The position numbers and the translations under genes are program-made. From positions 1 to 64,000 of IMG/VR virus record IMGVR_UViG_3300014208_000001: a DNA stretch of 64,000 nucleotides; one strand, written 5' to 3'. The notes under the pieces were generated by a model. That model was not told the origin of the DNA, did not search any database, and was given only the letters and a program-made list of their open reading frames with translations. Position 1 is the stretch's first letter, and each line of letters starts with the position of its first letter. Source of the DNA: a virus. Its lineage: Duplodnaviria > Heunggongvirae > Uroviricota > Caudoviricetes. Shown one piece after another: positions 27,584-37,068 of this stretch.

Positions 27584-27979
27584 TTATAAGGGAAGACACG
27601 CAAATTGCAATGACTCCCTCAAAGAATCAACTGAATATTCATCAAAATCAATACGTCGCATAATATCATTCACACTATCATAAATTTTTATACAATCACG
27701 CCTAACAGCCACACTAATATAAACACCACACCGATCAAATTCAAAAATATACACTTCCTGTTTAACATTATACTTCAATGAAATTTCATAATTCTCAATA
27801 ATATCAATAATATCATTCAAAACAATATTAAGAAATTCGCTCAAACATTCCAACTTCCGAACATCACATGGCACTTCACCATTGATTAATTTATAGATAT
27901 ACACACCATTATCGTCAGTCAATTTATACTCATGATAATGTATAAAGTAATCAGAAATTTTATAATAATATTGCTTCAT
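27584..27979 (-). CDS. paralogue family member
   Basis: MKQYYY...LSEFLNIVLNDI...IDFDEY. Confidence 0.72.
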   Translation of the reverse strand: MKQYYYKISDYFIHYHEYKLTDDNGVYIYKLINGEVPCDVRKLECLSEFLNIVLNDIIDIIENYEISLKYNVKQEVYIFEFDRCGVYISVAVRRDCIKIYDSVNDIMRRIDFDEYSVDSLRESLQFACLPL

Positions 27980-28338
27980 TTAACCACCATACTAGCCAAT
28001 TTCTTCCACTCTTTACAAACAGAAAAATGATCACGCAAATTAGTATAATCACATAAATTAACAGTAATTTGACGGTTCATATTCAAAGAAAATTCAATTC
28101 TATTATCAAAAACATTAATATCAACACCAATATATCCAACATTACACATAATAACACGATAATCAGGATAATTACCAATTCTGTATAATCTATTAAAACC
28201 AAACAAATCGATCAAATCATTAATCAGAATATTAAGGAAATAAGGCAAATCTTTCGCATCAACAGATGTATATTCACATTCTTGATAAATATACCAAATT
28301 TGGTGATTGATACTCTCAGAGTACTTATATTGTTTCAT
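27976..28338 (-). CDS. paralogue family member
   Basis: MKQY...FLNILINDL...VNLCDYTNL. Confidence 0.72.
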   Translation of the reverse strand: MKQYKYSESINHQIWYIYQECEYTSVDAKDLPYFLNILINDLIDLFGFNRLYRIGNYPDYRVIMCNVGYIGVDINVFDNRIEFSLNMNRQITVNLCDYTNLRDHFSVCKEWKKLASMVVK

Positions 28339-28727
28339 ACTAAATTCTCTAATACACAAGGTAAAAAACACTCACGCAAATTAACATAATCAGCCAACAT
28401 AGTAATATTAGTATAATAACTATCTTCATTAAAACACGTCACAATACGATCACTTTCAACATAAACAATAATATATGCACAAAAATTACGCTTACGTAAC
28501 GGTGATATAGAACCAACAATACCATAAGAATCGCCATACTCATAAATATGGTACTTACAATCACCAAGTAATTCAACAAATTCATTAAGTAATAAATTCA
28601 AAAAATCAGAAACAACATACTCACCACAAGAAGACAATACCCACTTTGAAACAGCAACTTTATGACTAGTAAAAGAAACCACATCAAAATAATAATTTAG
28701 CTGTTTATCAAACCGGTACTGTTTCAT
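28335..28727 (-). CDS. paralogue family member
   Basis: MKQY...SDFLNLLLNEF...LADYVNL. Confidence 0.72.
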   Translation of the reverse strand: MKQYRFDKQLNYYFDVVSFTSHKVAVSKWVLSSCGEYVVSDFLNLLLNEFVELLGDCKYHIYEYGDSYGIVGSISPLRKRNFCAYIIVYVESDRIVTCFNEDSYYTNITMLADYVNLRECFLPCVLENLV

Positions 28728-28728
28728 T

Positions 28729-29136
28729 TTAGAAATTGTACCTCTTAATAATCTCCTCATTCGCATCAACAATCACATCAGGATTAACAGCAACCACTTC
28801 ATACAACGCACAATATCCAACACCATCAACCTTCCGATAATACTCAACACCATCACTTGTACGACCACGAGCAAACAACTTATCACCAATACTCACCACA
28901 CCACTATTAACATTATCAGCACCAACCTGAATTCCAACATCACCACGCATACCAACATCAGTCAAATTAGACCCATTAATCAACCTCAAACTAGCCAACC
29001 GCATAACACCATCAGGAGTCATCACCAACTCACCATACGTAACATCAACCAACCCAGCACGAATAGGCTTCACCACAACACTAGGGGCCTCACACCCACG
29101 ATGCTCACGAGCCTTATAAATTTTCAAACTCTTCAC
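28729..29136 (-). CDS. hypothetical protein
   Basis: GTG start with GGAGG RBS. Confidence 0.65.
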   Translation of the reverse strand: MKSLKIYKAREHRGCEAPSVVVKPIRAGLVDVTYGELVMTPDGVMRLASLRLINGSNLTDVGMRGDVGIQVGADNVNSGVVSIGDKLFARGRTSDGVEYYRKVDGVGYCALYEVVAVNPDVIVDANEEIIKRYNF

Positions 29137-29190
29137 AATATCACCTCCAAAACCTATTACAAAACTAACCCCTAAAGTAAACATTAACCC

Positions 29191-29574
29191 CTAAAAGTTA
29201 AAAGCACGCCGAATATTACCAACAATATTAGCAGCACCAATAGTATTCAAAGCATTCTCATACGAAATACCACACACACAAACACATATAGCTTTCGCTA
29301 ACTCATCAATAGAATAATCACTATAACCAATAACACTAGTCGCGTGACCAGCAAGCGTAAAAACCTCCAAACACACCCCATCAACCCGCACACACACAAT
29401 ACGTATCATCGAATCATCACACATAACATTAATAGTAATACGCTCCTCACGCTCATTAATACTTAATAATAAACTATACTTATAAACTAACGTATCATTA
29501 TCAATAAACTCACACGGTGTAACTTTACTAATTGCCCTAACATCATTAACAATAAGTTCAAATAACTCACTCAT
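29191..29574 (-). CDS. paralogue family member, short form
   Basis: MSELFELIVNDV...IGYSDY. Confidence 0.7.
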   Translation of the reverse strand: MSELFELIVNDVRAISKVTPCEFIDNDTLVYKYSLLLSINEREERITINVMCDDSMIRIVCVRVDGVCLEVFTLAGHATSVIGYSDYSIDELAKAICVCVCGISYENALNTIGAANIVGNIRRAFNF

Positions 29575-29966
29575 CGAACACCATACAATCTACCAGACTC
29601 ACGAGCAAACCCCTCAACATTAGTATAAAACAAACAATTACTTTTAACATAATTAAAAATCACACCACGCAAAAAACTATAAAACTTATTAACCGAATAA
29701 TCAACCAAATTAAAATTAAAAGTATTCAAAGGCGATAAAATATTAATAACATTATCATCAACAACAACCCGAAAAGCATGCTTATTACACATCCGCCGAT
29801 TACGTTCACTTTGTTGGCAAACTTCAATTGTTATTTGATAAGACTGATTATAATTATAAGCAATATAGATATTGTCACTGACAATATCAACTGAACATTC
29901 TTTAGTAATCACAGTATATGTAAAAAGTTTTAAATCATTAATAATAATAGTATCAATTTCGCTCAC
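29571..29966 (-). CDS. paralogue family member, short form
   Basis: MSEIDTIIINDL...FNLVDY. Confidence 0.7.
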   Translation of the reverse strand: MSEIDTIIINDLKLFTYTVITKECSVDIVSDNIYIAYNYNQSYQITIEVCQQSERNRRMCNKHAFRVVVDDNVINILSPLNTFNFNLVDYSVNKFYSFLRGVIFNYVKSNCLFYTNVEGFARESGRLYGVR

Positions 29967-30295
29967 TTCTTCTTCACCTTATTCTTGAGTACAGAAAACT
30001 CTTTCCTACCTTTAGCAACTTGATTACTAAACTCCAAAACTTTAACAGTCAAACTAAAAGCAGCTTTAGACCCTGATTTAGAATAACTAATAACTCTAAT
30101 ACTAATAATATCACCCTTAATATGAACACTCATACCAACTTTACCACCATAATCGACAGTAAATAACCAATTATAAACAGGACCAATCCCACGGTGATCC
30201 CTAGAGTATTCATGAGTATCATACGTTTCATCTTTATACTTGCCAAATTGCATATCACTCTTAATAAGATCAAGCAAATCATTCACTTCGGCCAC
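29963..30295 (-). CDS. probable paralogue family member, short form
   Basis: NDLLDLIKSDM...VKVLEF. Confidence 0.55.
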   Translation of the reverse strand: MAEVNDLLDLIKSDMQFGKYKDETYDTHEYSRDHRGIGPVYNWLFTVDYGGKVGMSVHIKGDIISIRVISYSKSGSKAAFSLTVKVLEFSNQVAKGRKEFSVLKNKVKKK

Positions 30296-30651
30296 CTCAT
30301 GTATTCTAACTCAATATTATATGCATTAGCATTATATTCTCTACAAATCTTATCGAAAGTACGTAAACTATCTATTACCCCAGTGGTCAACTCAACCAAT
30401 CTGAACGTACAACTCTTAATGCATGTAATCTTAGGAGCATATTCATTAGTAGCATACGATGACATAAAAATATTACCACCTTCAAAAGCATAATCAACAC
30501 TCTCAATGAAAATCGCAACTGTTGATTTATAAAGTGTTAACTGCCACTTCAAAGCACGCTTATACTCAATAATAATAGTATCTGGCGGGCTCACTTCATA
30601 CTTAAACCCCAAACGTTCCACATCACTAATAAAAACATCAAGTAAATCCAT
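30283..30651 (-). CDS. probable paralogue family member, short form
   Basis: MDLLDVFISDV...FRLVEL. Confidence 0.55.
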   Translation of the reverse strand: MDLLDVFISDVERLGFKYEVSPPDTIIIEYKRALKWQLTLYKSTVAIFIESVDYAFEGGNIFMSSYATNEYAPKITCIKSCTFRLVELTTGVIDSLRTFDKICREYNANAYNIELEYMRWPK

Positions 30652-30665
30652 AATCCCCCCTATAT

Positions 30666-30701
30666 GAGCAAACCCACACGATTACTCATGTGGGTTTGCT
30701 C
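30666..30701. terminator. 13-bp hairpin after ORF 30722-31279
   Basis: gagcaaacccaca / tgtgggtttgctc. Confidence 0.65.
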
Positions 30702-30721
30702 CAAAATCGACAAGCCATCCC

Positions 30722-31279
30722 CTACTCGTCGACTTTGTTCATCGCAGGATCGCTGAAACCGATACCAGTCGGTTGAACAGAATTCACCTCATGATCATCG
30801 AGATCACCCATCACTTTATGAGCAAATTCACCAAGTGTATTCATTTTCTTGATTTTGACTTCTACTTTCTTACCACGAGGATAAACAATCGCAGCCAAAT
30901 CCTCAACTGACTCAATCATCACAAACTCAGTTGTACGAAACAACCCTCGCACAGTATCAATAATATGATCGACACGAGCATGATACGTGTGAATCGTATA
31001 ACTCGGTTGCTCCAATTGCCGCAACGCCACATACACACTACGCAAACCAGCCTCCAACGTACTCACATCCATCGGAATCAACGTGAGACGAGACCCGCCA
31101 TCCAACTCACCCAAACTCAAATCAGCACTAAAAGCCGATTTGATTTTCGAAAAATCAGGGATATACAACGGGTCGCTAACAGCAATCCCCCCAGGTCCCA
31201 CTTCCACCAATTTGAAATACTGGTATTCATTGAAGCTATCCAACGCTTCACTAATAACCGCATCGAGTTCAGCCATCAC
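30722..31279 (-). CDS. hypothetical protein
   Basis: 185 aa ORF; degenerate promoter motif at 31316-31343. Confidence 0.7.
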   Translation of the reverse strand: MMAELDAVISEALDSFNEYQYFKLVEVGPGGIAVSDPLYIPDFSKIKSAFSADLSLGELDGGSRLTLIPMDVSTLEAGLRSVYVALRQLEQPSYTIHTYHARVDHIIDTVRGLFRTTEFVMIESVEDLAAIVYPRGKKVEVKIKKMNTLGEFAHKVMGDLDDHEVNSVQPTGIGFSDPAMNKVDE

Positions 31280-31417
31280 TAAATCCCCAAAATGTGAAAT
31301 GTGACCATCACACTCCTCTTTCTAAACCCCACACCACCGTAAAATCAACCACCCCCAAAATTTAACCAAACCCCCAACCACAGAAAAAAAAGAGTACACC
31401 ACCATTTAGGTATAACA

Positions 31418-31855
31418 ATGATCTACGCTTACAACCCTAGCACAGACGAAATACGAAAAATCGAAAAAATCTCCAACAACTGGATACCACTACCAGAATT
31501 ATACGCAACTATCGTAGACGAAATATTCTACTGCCAAAAACTCAGAGACATCACAATCAAAGCACGATGTTACATCCACGCCACACTACAAAACGGCCAC
31601 ACTAACCATAGAATAATAATATATGTTGAAAGCAATAAACCACTCAAAGTAGAAACACGCATCGAAATCACCCAAGAAAATATCACACTCATCCACGAAA
31701 AACCAACTCACACCTTCAAAAAACCTGGTTGTTTGACCTCACACCAACGATACACATTCATGGAGTACAATAATCAAATCACCGATCTAATCAAAAATGA
31801 ACACACCAAATATCTCATCGACATCGAAACTCTCCCATTCAAAGTAAAAGAATGA
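31418..31855 (+). CDS. paralogue family member (C/A-biased)
   Basis: MIYAY...LPELYATIVDEI...YTFMEY. Confidence 0.7.
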   Translation: MIYAYNPSTDEIRKIEKISNNWIPLPELYATIVDEIFYCQKLRDITIKARCYIHATLQNGHTNHRIIIYVESNKPLKVETRIEITQENITLIHEKPTHTFKKPGCLTSHQRYTFMEYNNQITDLIKNEHTKYLIDIETLPFKVKE

Positions 31856-32217
31856 GATACTACTACTATGATAATATAATCTACGAATCATATCATGGCA
31901 AAGTAGGCTCAAGCGATATAACATATGAAGATATTGAAAGTACAATTCGATATCCATTAAGTGATTTATGGGTAATAGTTTTAACAGATTTCAAAAAATT
32001 ATGCAGCTCAATCACAACAGCACGAGTATCAAAAAACGGAACACACTTATACTTACAAGGAACAGCACATATTTATCATGGTATATATCGCAAAAATCCA
32101 GAGTATATTGTTAATTGCACACCAACTCACATATCACTAACTAGAAGTTCAAAATTGCTTTTCACACAACCACTAACAGAGTACGATGGATTTGACCGAT
32201 TTAATCACCATTATTGA
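31852..32217 (+). CDS. paralogue family member
   Basis: MRYYYY...LSDLWVIVLTDF...PLTEYDGF. Confidence 0.72.
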   Translation: MRYYYYDNIIYESYHGKVGSSDITYEDIESTIRYPLSDLWVIVLTDFKKLCSSITTARVSKNGTHLYLQGTAHIYHGIYRKNPEYIVNCTPTHISLTRSSKLLFTQPLTEYDGFDRFNHHY

Positions 32218-32506
32218 AGAAGACGTCAAAGCACATAAACGATTATTCAATAAATTATTTATGTGCCCAACTTGTAAATTCATAATTTTTAGCTTTGATA
32301 CTTCAACAAATTTCTTCATAGATTGCGAATCAGGGCATAGCATATACGGTAATATTATAATTGATAATGATAATGTAGTATTAACTATGAGAGGTGCGAG
32401 AATCTCATTCAAATTAACCGATTACTCACAATTCGAAATCGCGAACGCATTAGAATCAATCATTGATACAGTGTCAATGATTGAAATTCAAAAAACGCTC
32501 TTATAA
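32186..32506 (+). CDS. paralogue family member, short form
   Basis: LTDLITIIEEDV...FKLTDY. Confidence 0.65.
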   Translation: MDLTDLITIIEEDVKAHKRLFNKLFMCPTCKFIIFSFDTSTNFFIDCESGHSIYGNIIIDNDNVVLTMRGARISFKLTDYSQFEIANALESIIDTVSMIEIQKTLL

Positions 32507-33052
32507 ATCAACTGCGTCAATAATACTAATATTACTTTTAAACTTTCGATCTAAAATTAATTCTTTATTCGATATTTTAATTCTATTTTGAATAATTGAT
32601 TTCCCGAAATTTGCTTTTCCAAATGTTAATGATTTTTGCGGTTTGTATGAACAAGCTATGATGTACTCTTGCGCGAAACTTGTGACTTTAACTAAAATTC
32701 CCTGATAGGAAAATGCTGCTCCGACAAACAATCTAGTATTATTTCTAACTTTATAATCATAATATGCTTTTGCTATAATGTATGGTTTCCGTTTCTTCCA
32801 CGTTTCAAATGATTTAATCGCGCTCCTATTATTACAAATTATTGCATTAGTATACCATTTCTCATGATCACCTAACCAATATTGGCTTTGATACATTGTT
32901 GAGATTGATTGAAAATCTGATTCTTCGAATTTTAATTGAGCACTTATTGCTAATTCTAATGCTGATTGCATTGAAATATTTATATTAGTATATGATGATG
33001 ATTGCGTGTTATAAATTATATGTTTTAATAATTGTAATGCTGGCGATTGCAT
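32501..33052 (-). CDS. hypothetical protein
   Basis: 183 aa ORF. Confidence 0.65.
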   Translation of the reverse strand: MQSPALQLLKHIIYNTQSSSYTNINISMQSALELAISAQLKFEESDFQSISTMYQSQYWLGDHEKWYTNAIICNNRSAIKSFETWKKRKPYIIAKAYYDYKVRNNTRLFVGAAFSYQGILVKVTSFAQEYIIACSYKPQKSLTFGKANFGKSIIQNRIKISNKELILDRKFKSNISIIDAVDL

Positions 33053-33670
33053 TTAAAATATCTCATCGTGATGGTTGATAATTGTAGCCCTTTTAATTAG
33101 GTGTATACTTGTTTCTGTGTGAGTGACTTTGGTAAATTACGCTAATACCATACATATTCTGATGTTCATTTATATATATGTACGGGCATACTCGATTTCC
33201 TGTCTGGAAATACATTGTTTCGATGGGGGTTTTTAAATACTTCGTAGTATACGTCTGAATATTTATAGTAGTATTTATATAATACACTTATATATTTTAT
33301 AACCATGCGTGTATATTATGCGATTTCCTCTCTGGAAACATCGAATACTATTGATATAATATTCAACTCGTTTGTATAGTATTGTATAGTGCTCGAAATG
33401 GGTCAGAGCGAGTTAGGTCCGTCGATTAGAGCGATTTGATGCGGTGGGAGAGCGTTTAGTATATATTCGGAAGCAAATTTACTTTATCGCTAATAGAGTG
33501 TGTGGTAGGTAGTTCTTCTTCTCTCTTCTTTATTTTTTATTATGTTTTTGTTATTTCTTTGGATATTGATGAAATTTTGTTTATTGGGCCTTGATGGGTC
33601 GCTCATGATGATAGATGGTTAAAAGTTAAATAAGATTATTTTGGTATTTTATTATGTTGGTGGTGTACTC
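33053..33670. other. putative replication origin region
   Basis: ~600-bp AT-rich gap without a credible ORF; at the skew switch; repeated CGATTTCCTSTCTGGAAA and AGAGCG. Confidence 0.5.
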
Positions 33671-33673
33671 TTG

Positions 33674-33886
33674 TTAGTATAGTGATAGTAGTTTTGTGTG
33701 TGCTTCTTTTATGTGGTGTTCTATGTTGGTGTAGTATTTTAGTGGTATGTTGGTGTAGTCTTTTAGTGGTATGTTGGTTATGTTTTGTGGTTGGTGTTTG
33801 TGGATTTGGAGTTTGGTGTGGTTTATGTATATGTCTATTTGGTGGGTTGGGTTTGTTGTGGGGGTTTTGTTTTTGATGTGGTACAT
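33674..33886 (-). pseudogene. truncated paralogue with internal 24-bp duplication
   Basis: IDIYINHTKLQI...TNIPLKDY-TNIPLKYY-TNIEHHIKE resembles the family C-terminus. Confidence 0.45.
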
Positions 33887-33896
33887 GGGTGGGTGT

Positions 33897-33924
33897 TTTA
33901 CGGGCGTTTGGTGTGTTGTAAAAG
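33897..33924 (+). promoter_or_regulatory. promoter-like motif heading the G/T block
   Basis: TTTACG-N14-TGTAAAAG; GTG start 7 nt later. Confidence 0.65.
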
Positions 33925-33930
33925 GGTTGG

Positions 33931-34275
33931 GTGAGGTTTTTTAGGAGTGTGAGTGGTTCGGTTGTGGTGTTGAGGGGTGATGAGTATTTTTATTTGAGTG
34001 GGTTTTTGTGTAAGTGGGATGCTGAGTTGGTTGGGTTGGTTGAGTTGGGGGTTTTGTGTGGGGTGGTGGTTGGTGATTTTGTTGGGTTGATGGATGAGGT
34101 TGTTGGTAAGGTTAATGGTGATTGGGTGATGGTTGGTGGTCGGTGTGGGGATGTTAGGTTGGTTGTGGATTGTGGTGGGGAGGGTGTGAGGTTTTGGAGG
34201 TATTGTGGTGGGGTTTGTGTTGGGTCTGGGTTTGTGGGGTGGGTTGATTTTGTGGGTGTTGGGGGTTTGTTGTGA
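33931..34275 (+). CDS. paralogue family member (extreme G/T bias)
   Basis: LGVLCGVVVGDF...WVDFVGVGGLL. Confidence 0.72.
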   Translation: MRFFRSVSGSVVVLRGDEYFYLSGFLCKWDAELVGLVELGVLCGVVVGDFVGLMDEVVGKVNGDWVMVGGRCGDVRLVVDCGGEGVRFWRYCGGVCVGSGFVGWVDFVGVGGLL

Positions 34276-34619
34276 GGTTTTATTATGATGATAATGGGTA
34301 TGTGGTGAGGTTGGTGGGGGATGATTATTTTTATTTGAATGGGGAGGTGGCTGGTGGGGTTGTGGGTGGGGTTGGGGATGTGTTTAGTGTGGTTGTGGGT
34401 GAGTTTGTTGGGTTGGTGGATGAGGTGTATTATGATGATTTTTATGTTAATGGTGATGGTTGTTATTTGAGTTTGCGTGGGGTTGTTGGTGGGGGTGTGT
34501 ATATTATGTGTGATTGTTCTCCTTTGGGTGGGGTTGTGACTGTTGTGGCTGTGGATGGTACGTCTAGGAGTTCTGGTTTTTTGTGGGTTGATTTTGTGGG
34601 TGTTGGGGGTTTGTTGTGA
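34272..34619 (+). CDS. paralogue family member (G/T)
   Basis: MRFYY...GDVFSVVVGEF...WVDFVGVGGLL. Confidence 0.75.
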   Translation: MRFYYDDNGYVVRLVGDDYFYLNGEVAGGVVGGVGDVFSVVVGEFVGLVDEVYYDDFYVNGDGCYLSLRGVVGGGVYIMCDCSPLGGVVTVVAVDGTSRSSGFLWVDFVGVGGLL

Positions 34620-35005
34620 GGTTTTATGTTAATGAGCGTATGTGTGTGGTGATGTTTGATGATGTTGTTGGTGATTATTTTTATTTGACTAATGAGTGGT
34701 GTGGGTATGAGTATGGTGATAGGCATAGGTTGGTTGAGTTGGGTGAGTTGTTTTCTTTGGTTGTTGGTGAGGTTTTGAGGTTGTCTGGTGGTGGTGTTGA
34801 GCATTATGTTATTGGTAGTTTGTGTGTTGATGGTGGTGTTTTGCGGGTTTGTGATGTTTCTAAGTTTAAGGTGGTGTTGTATACTAAGTGTAAGGTGTTT
34901 CGTGGTGTTAAGTGTATGTGTGATGGGGTTAGGATTTTGGTGAATGGTAGGTGGGGTGGTTTGGTTAGGTGGTGTGATTTTGTGAGTGTTGAGGGTTTAT
35001 TGTGA
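34616..35005 (+). CDS. paralogue family member (G/T)
   Basis: LGELFSLVVGEV...WGGLVRWCDFVSVEGLL. Confidence 0.75.
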   Translation: MRFYVNERMCVVMFDDVVGDYFYLTNEWCGYEYGDRHRLVELGELFSLVVGEVLRLSGGGVEHYVIGSLCVDGGVLRVCDVSKFKVVLYTKCKVFRGVKCMCDGVRILVNGRWGGLVRWCDFVSVEGLL

Positions 35006-35346
35006 GGGTTTATTATACTGAGTGGGGTAATTTGGTTAAGTTGGTTGGTGGGAAGTATTATTATTTTGGTGGGTTGGATGTTTGTGATGTGGATTTTGTT
35101 TGTGGTGAGGTTGAGAGTTTGTTTGTGGTGGTTGTGGGTGAGTTTGTTGAGTTGATGGATAGGGTTACTTATGGTGATCGTCATGGGTGTTTTGATGTGT
35201 ATGTGAGTGGGTTTTTGGGTGGTGTTGAGTATGCTGTTGCGTGTAATGATATTGGGGTGTTTGTGTCTAGGAATAGGCCGTTTGGGTGGAGTGATATTGG
35301 GTTTGTGAGGTGGGTTGATTTTGTTGGTGTTGGGGGTTTGTTGTGA
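35002..35346 (+). CDS. paralogue family member (G/T)
   Basis: ESLFVVVVGEF...WVDFVGVGGLL. Confidence 0.75.
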   Translation: MRVYYTEWGNLVKLVGGKYYYFGGLDVCDVDFVCGEVESLFVVVVGEFVELMDRVTYGDRHGCFDVYVSGFLGGVEYAVACNDIGVFVSRNRPFGWSDIGFVRWVDFVGVGGLL

Positions 35347-35684
35347 GGTATTATTCTATGTGTGGTACTATTGTTATGGTGAGGGGTGGTGTGTATTATT
35401 ATTTGAATGGTGAGTATTGTAGTATTGTTGGTGATGTTGGTGAGATTTGTGATGTTTATAGTTTGGTTATTGATGATTGTTTGGATCATTGTTCTAAGGT
35501 TGGTGGGCGTGTGTGTCAGGTGGTGTGTCAATATGGTGTGGTTATGGTGCATTGGGTTTATAATGGGATGTTCGTTGGAGTTAAGTGTGATAAGGTTGGT
35601 GTTTATGTTGTTAATGGGTGGGGTTGTCCGTGGGGTGGTTTGGTTAGGTGGTGTGATTATGTGAGTATTGAGGGTTTGTTGTGA
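35343..35684 (+). CDS. paralogue family member (G/T)
   Basis: MRYY...CDVYSLVIDDC...WCDYVSIEGLL. Confidence 0.75.
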   Translation: MRYYSMCGTIVMVRGGVYYYLNGEYCSIVGDVGEICDVYSLVIDDCLDHCSKVGGRVCQVVCQYGVVMVHWVYNGMFVGVKCDKVGVYVVNGWGCPWGGLVRWCDYVSIEGLL

Positions 35685-36031
35685 GGTATTATATTAGGAA
35701 TGGTTATAATGTTATTCTTTTTAAAAATGGGTATTATTATCGTTTGAATGGTGTGTGGTGTGGGTTGGATTATGTGGTTTTGCGTGATGCGGTTGTTTTG
35801 GGTGATGTTTATACTTTGGTTTTTGATGAGTTTTTGAGTATTGCTTGTGGTGCGTATGGGAGTGTTAATTATGATGATTCTGTTGATGTTTATGGTGATT
35901 TTGATGGGGTGGTGGTTGGTATTAAAGTTGATGATTTTGGGGTTCGTTTTGCTCGTGATTGTAGTATGGTGACTTGGTGGGGTGGTTTGGTTAGGTGGTG
36001 TGATTTTGTGAGCGTTGAGGGTTTGTTATGA
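35681..36031 (+). CDS. paralogue family member (G/T)
   Basis: MRYY...LGDVYTLVFDEF...WCDFVSVEGLL. Confidence 0.75.
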   Translation: MRYYIRNGYNVILFKNGYYYRLNGVWCGLDYVVLRDAVVLGDVYTLVFDEFLSIACGAYGSVNYDDSVDVYGDFDGVVVGIKVDDFGVRFARDCSMVTWWGGLVRWCDFVSVEGLL

Positions 36032-36381
36032 GGTTTTTTAGTACTTGTGGGCATGTTGTTTATTTGGTTGATGGTGAGTATTATTGGTTTGCTGGTGGGC
36101 GTTGTTCTGCTGCTGATATTTCTGAGTATGTTTTGACTGAGTTGAATGAGCTTTTTTCGTTGGTATGTTGTGATTTTGTTGGGTTGGTTAGTGATAGGTG
36201 GGATGGTAAGTTGTATAATGATTGGCCGTTTTTTCCGACGCAGACGTTGGTTTTGAAAGGTAATTTTGGTGTTATTGGTGTTAAGGTTTTGTGCAATAGT
36301 GATGGGGTGGTGATTAGGACTGGTGATGGTGAGTGTGCTTTTTTGTGGAGTGAGTTTAGTGGTTTGCGTGGGTTATTGTGA
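36028..36381 (+). CDS. paralogue family member (G/T)
   Basis: LNELFSLVCCDF...WSEFSGLRGLL. Confidence 0.75.
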   Translation: MRFFSTCGHVVYLVDGEYYWFAGGRCSAADISEYVLTELNELFSLVCCDFVGLVSDRWDGKLYNDWPFFPTQTLVLKGNFGVIGVKVLCNSDGVVIRTGDGECAFLWSEFSGLRGLL

Positions 36382-36713
36382 AGTATATTAAGACTTTTGA
36401 TGGGTGTGTTGGTTTTGTGAGTGGTGGTGAGTATATTATATATGATTGTGGTAGTCAGAGGTATGAGGATGTTGGTTCATTTGAGTTTATTGGTGATTTT
36501 TATGATGTGTTTGTTGGTGATTTTGTGGGGTTTGTTGATGATGTTAGGTTTATTAGGATTTTGCGTGGTGGGCAGTTGATGTTAGGTGGGTTTGTTGGTG
36601 ATATGAATGTTATTGTTATGGTTGGTGATGATATTAAGGTGACTTTTGGTGGTGATAGTTGGGTTATTTGTTTTAGTGATTATGGAGGGTTTTGTGAAGT
36701 TTGCGCTACTTAA
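36378..36713 (+). CDS. paralogue family member (G/T)
   Basis: GDFYDVFVGDF...ICFSDY. Confidence 0.72.
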   Translation: MKYIKTFDGCVGFVSGGEYIIYDCGSQRYEDVGSFEFIGDFYDVFVGDFVGFVDDVRFIRILRGGQLMLGGFVGDMNVIVMVGDDIKVTFGGDSWVICFSDYGGFCEVCAT

Positions 36714-37068
36714 TAATGATAGTGTTGTTGAGGTGCGGGGTGGTAATATGTTGTTTTGGTTGCATGATCCTTTTAGGGGTAAGTTTATAGATGGTGGTGG
36801 TTTTATTTATGATTTTGTTGATAATGAGTTGTTTGAGTTGATATTGAATGATTTTATGGATTTTGTCGGTGATGGTGGGTTATGTTCTGATATTCGTATT
36901 GATGATGGTGTTTTGAAGGTTTGTGGTAAGATTTCTGGTAAGTGGACTAAGGTGTGTGTTGATGGTGGTGTAATTTCTGTTTCTAAGTGTTGGACGTCTG
37001 ATGGTGTTACTAGTGATGTTCGTTTTTGTAAGGTTGGTGAGTTTGTGTGTTTGAGGGGTTTGTTATGA
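36694..37068 (+). CDS. paralogue family member (G/T)
   Basis: GTG start after GGAGG; NELFELILNDF...GEFVCLRGLL. Confidence 0.72.
   Translation: MKFALLNNDSVVEVRGGNMLFWLHDPFRGKFIDGGGFIYDFVDNELFELILNDFMDFVGDGGLCSDIRIDDGVLKVCGKISGKWTKVCVDGGVISVSKCWTSDGVTSDVRFCKVGEFVCLRGLL

Larger units (their letters stand above)
34239..36033 (+). repeat. two classes of 40-57 bp repeats at gene junctions
   Basis: class A 34239-34283, 34583-34627, 35310-35349; class B 34951-35007, 35630-35686, 35977-36033. Confidence 0.9.

Noticed and set aside
34239-36033. CRISPR array or integron attC cassettes
   Set aside because: The spacers are ~300-bp coding bodies, the repeats are coding and non-palindromic, and no cas or integrase gene is in the window
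34463-36296. Minus-strand T/P/H/N-rich ORFs in the G/T block
   Set aside because: Shadows of the coupled + strand paralogues
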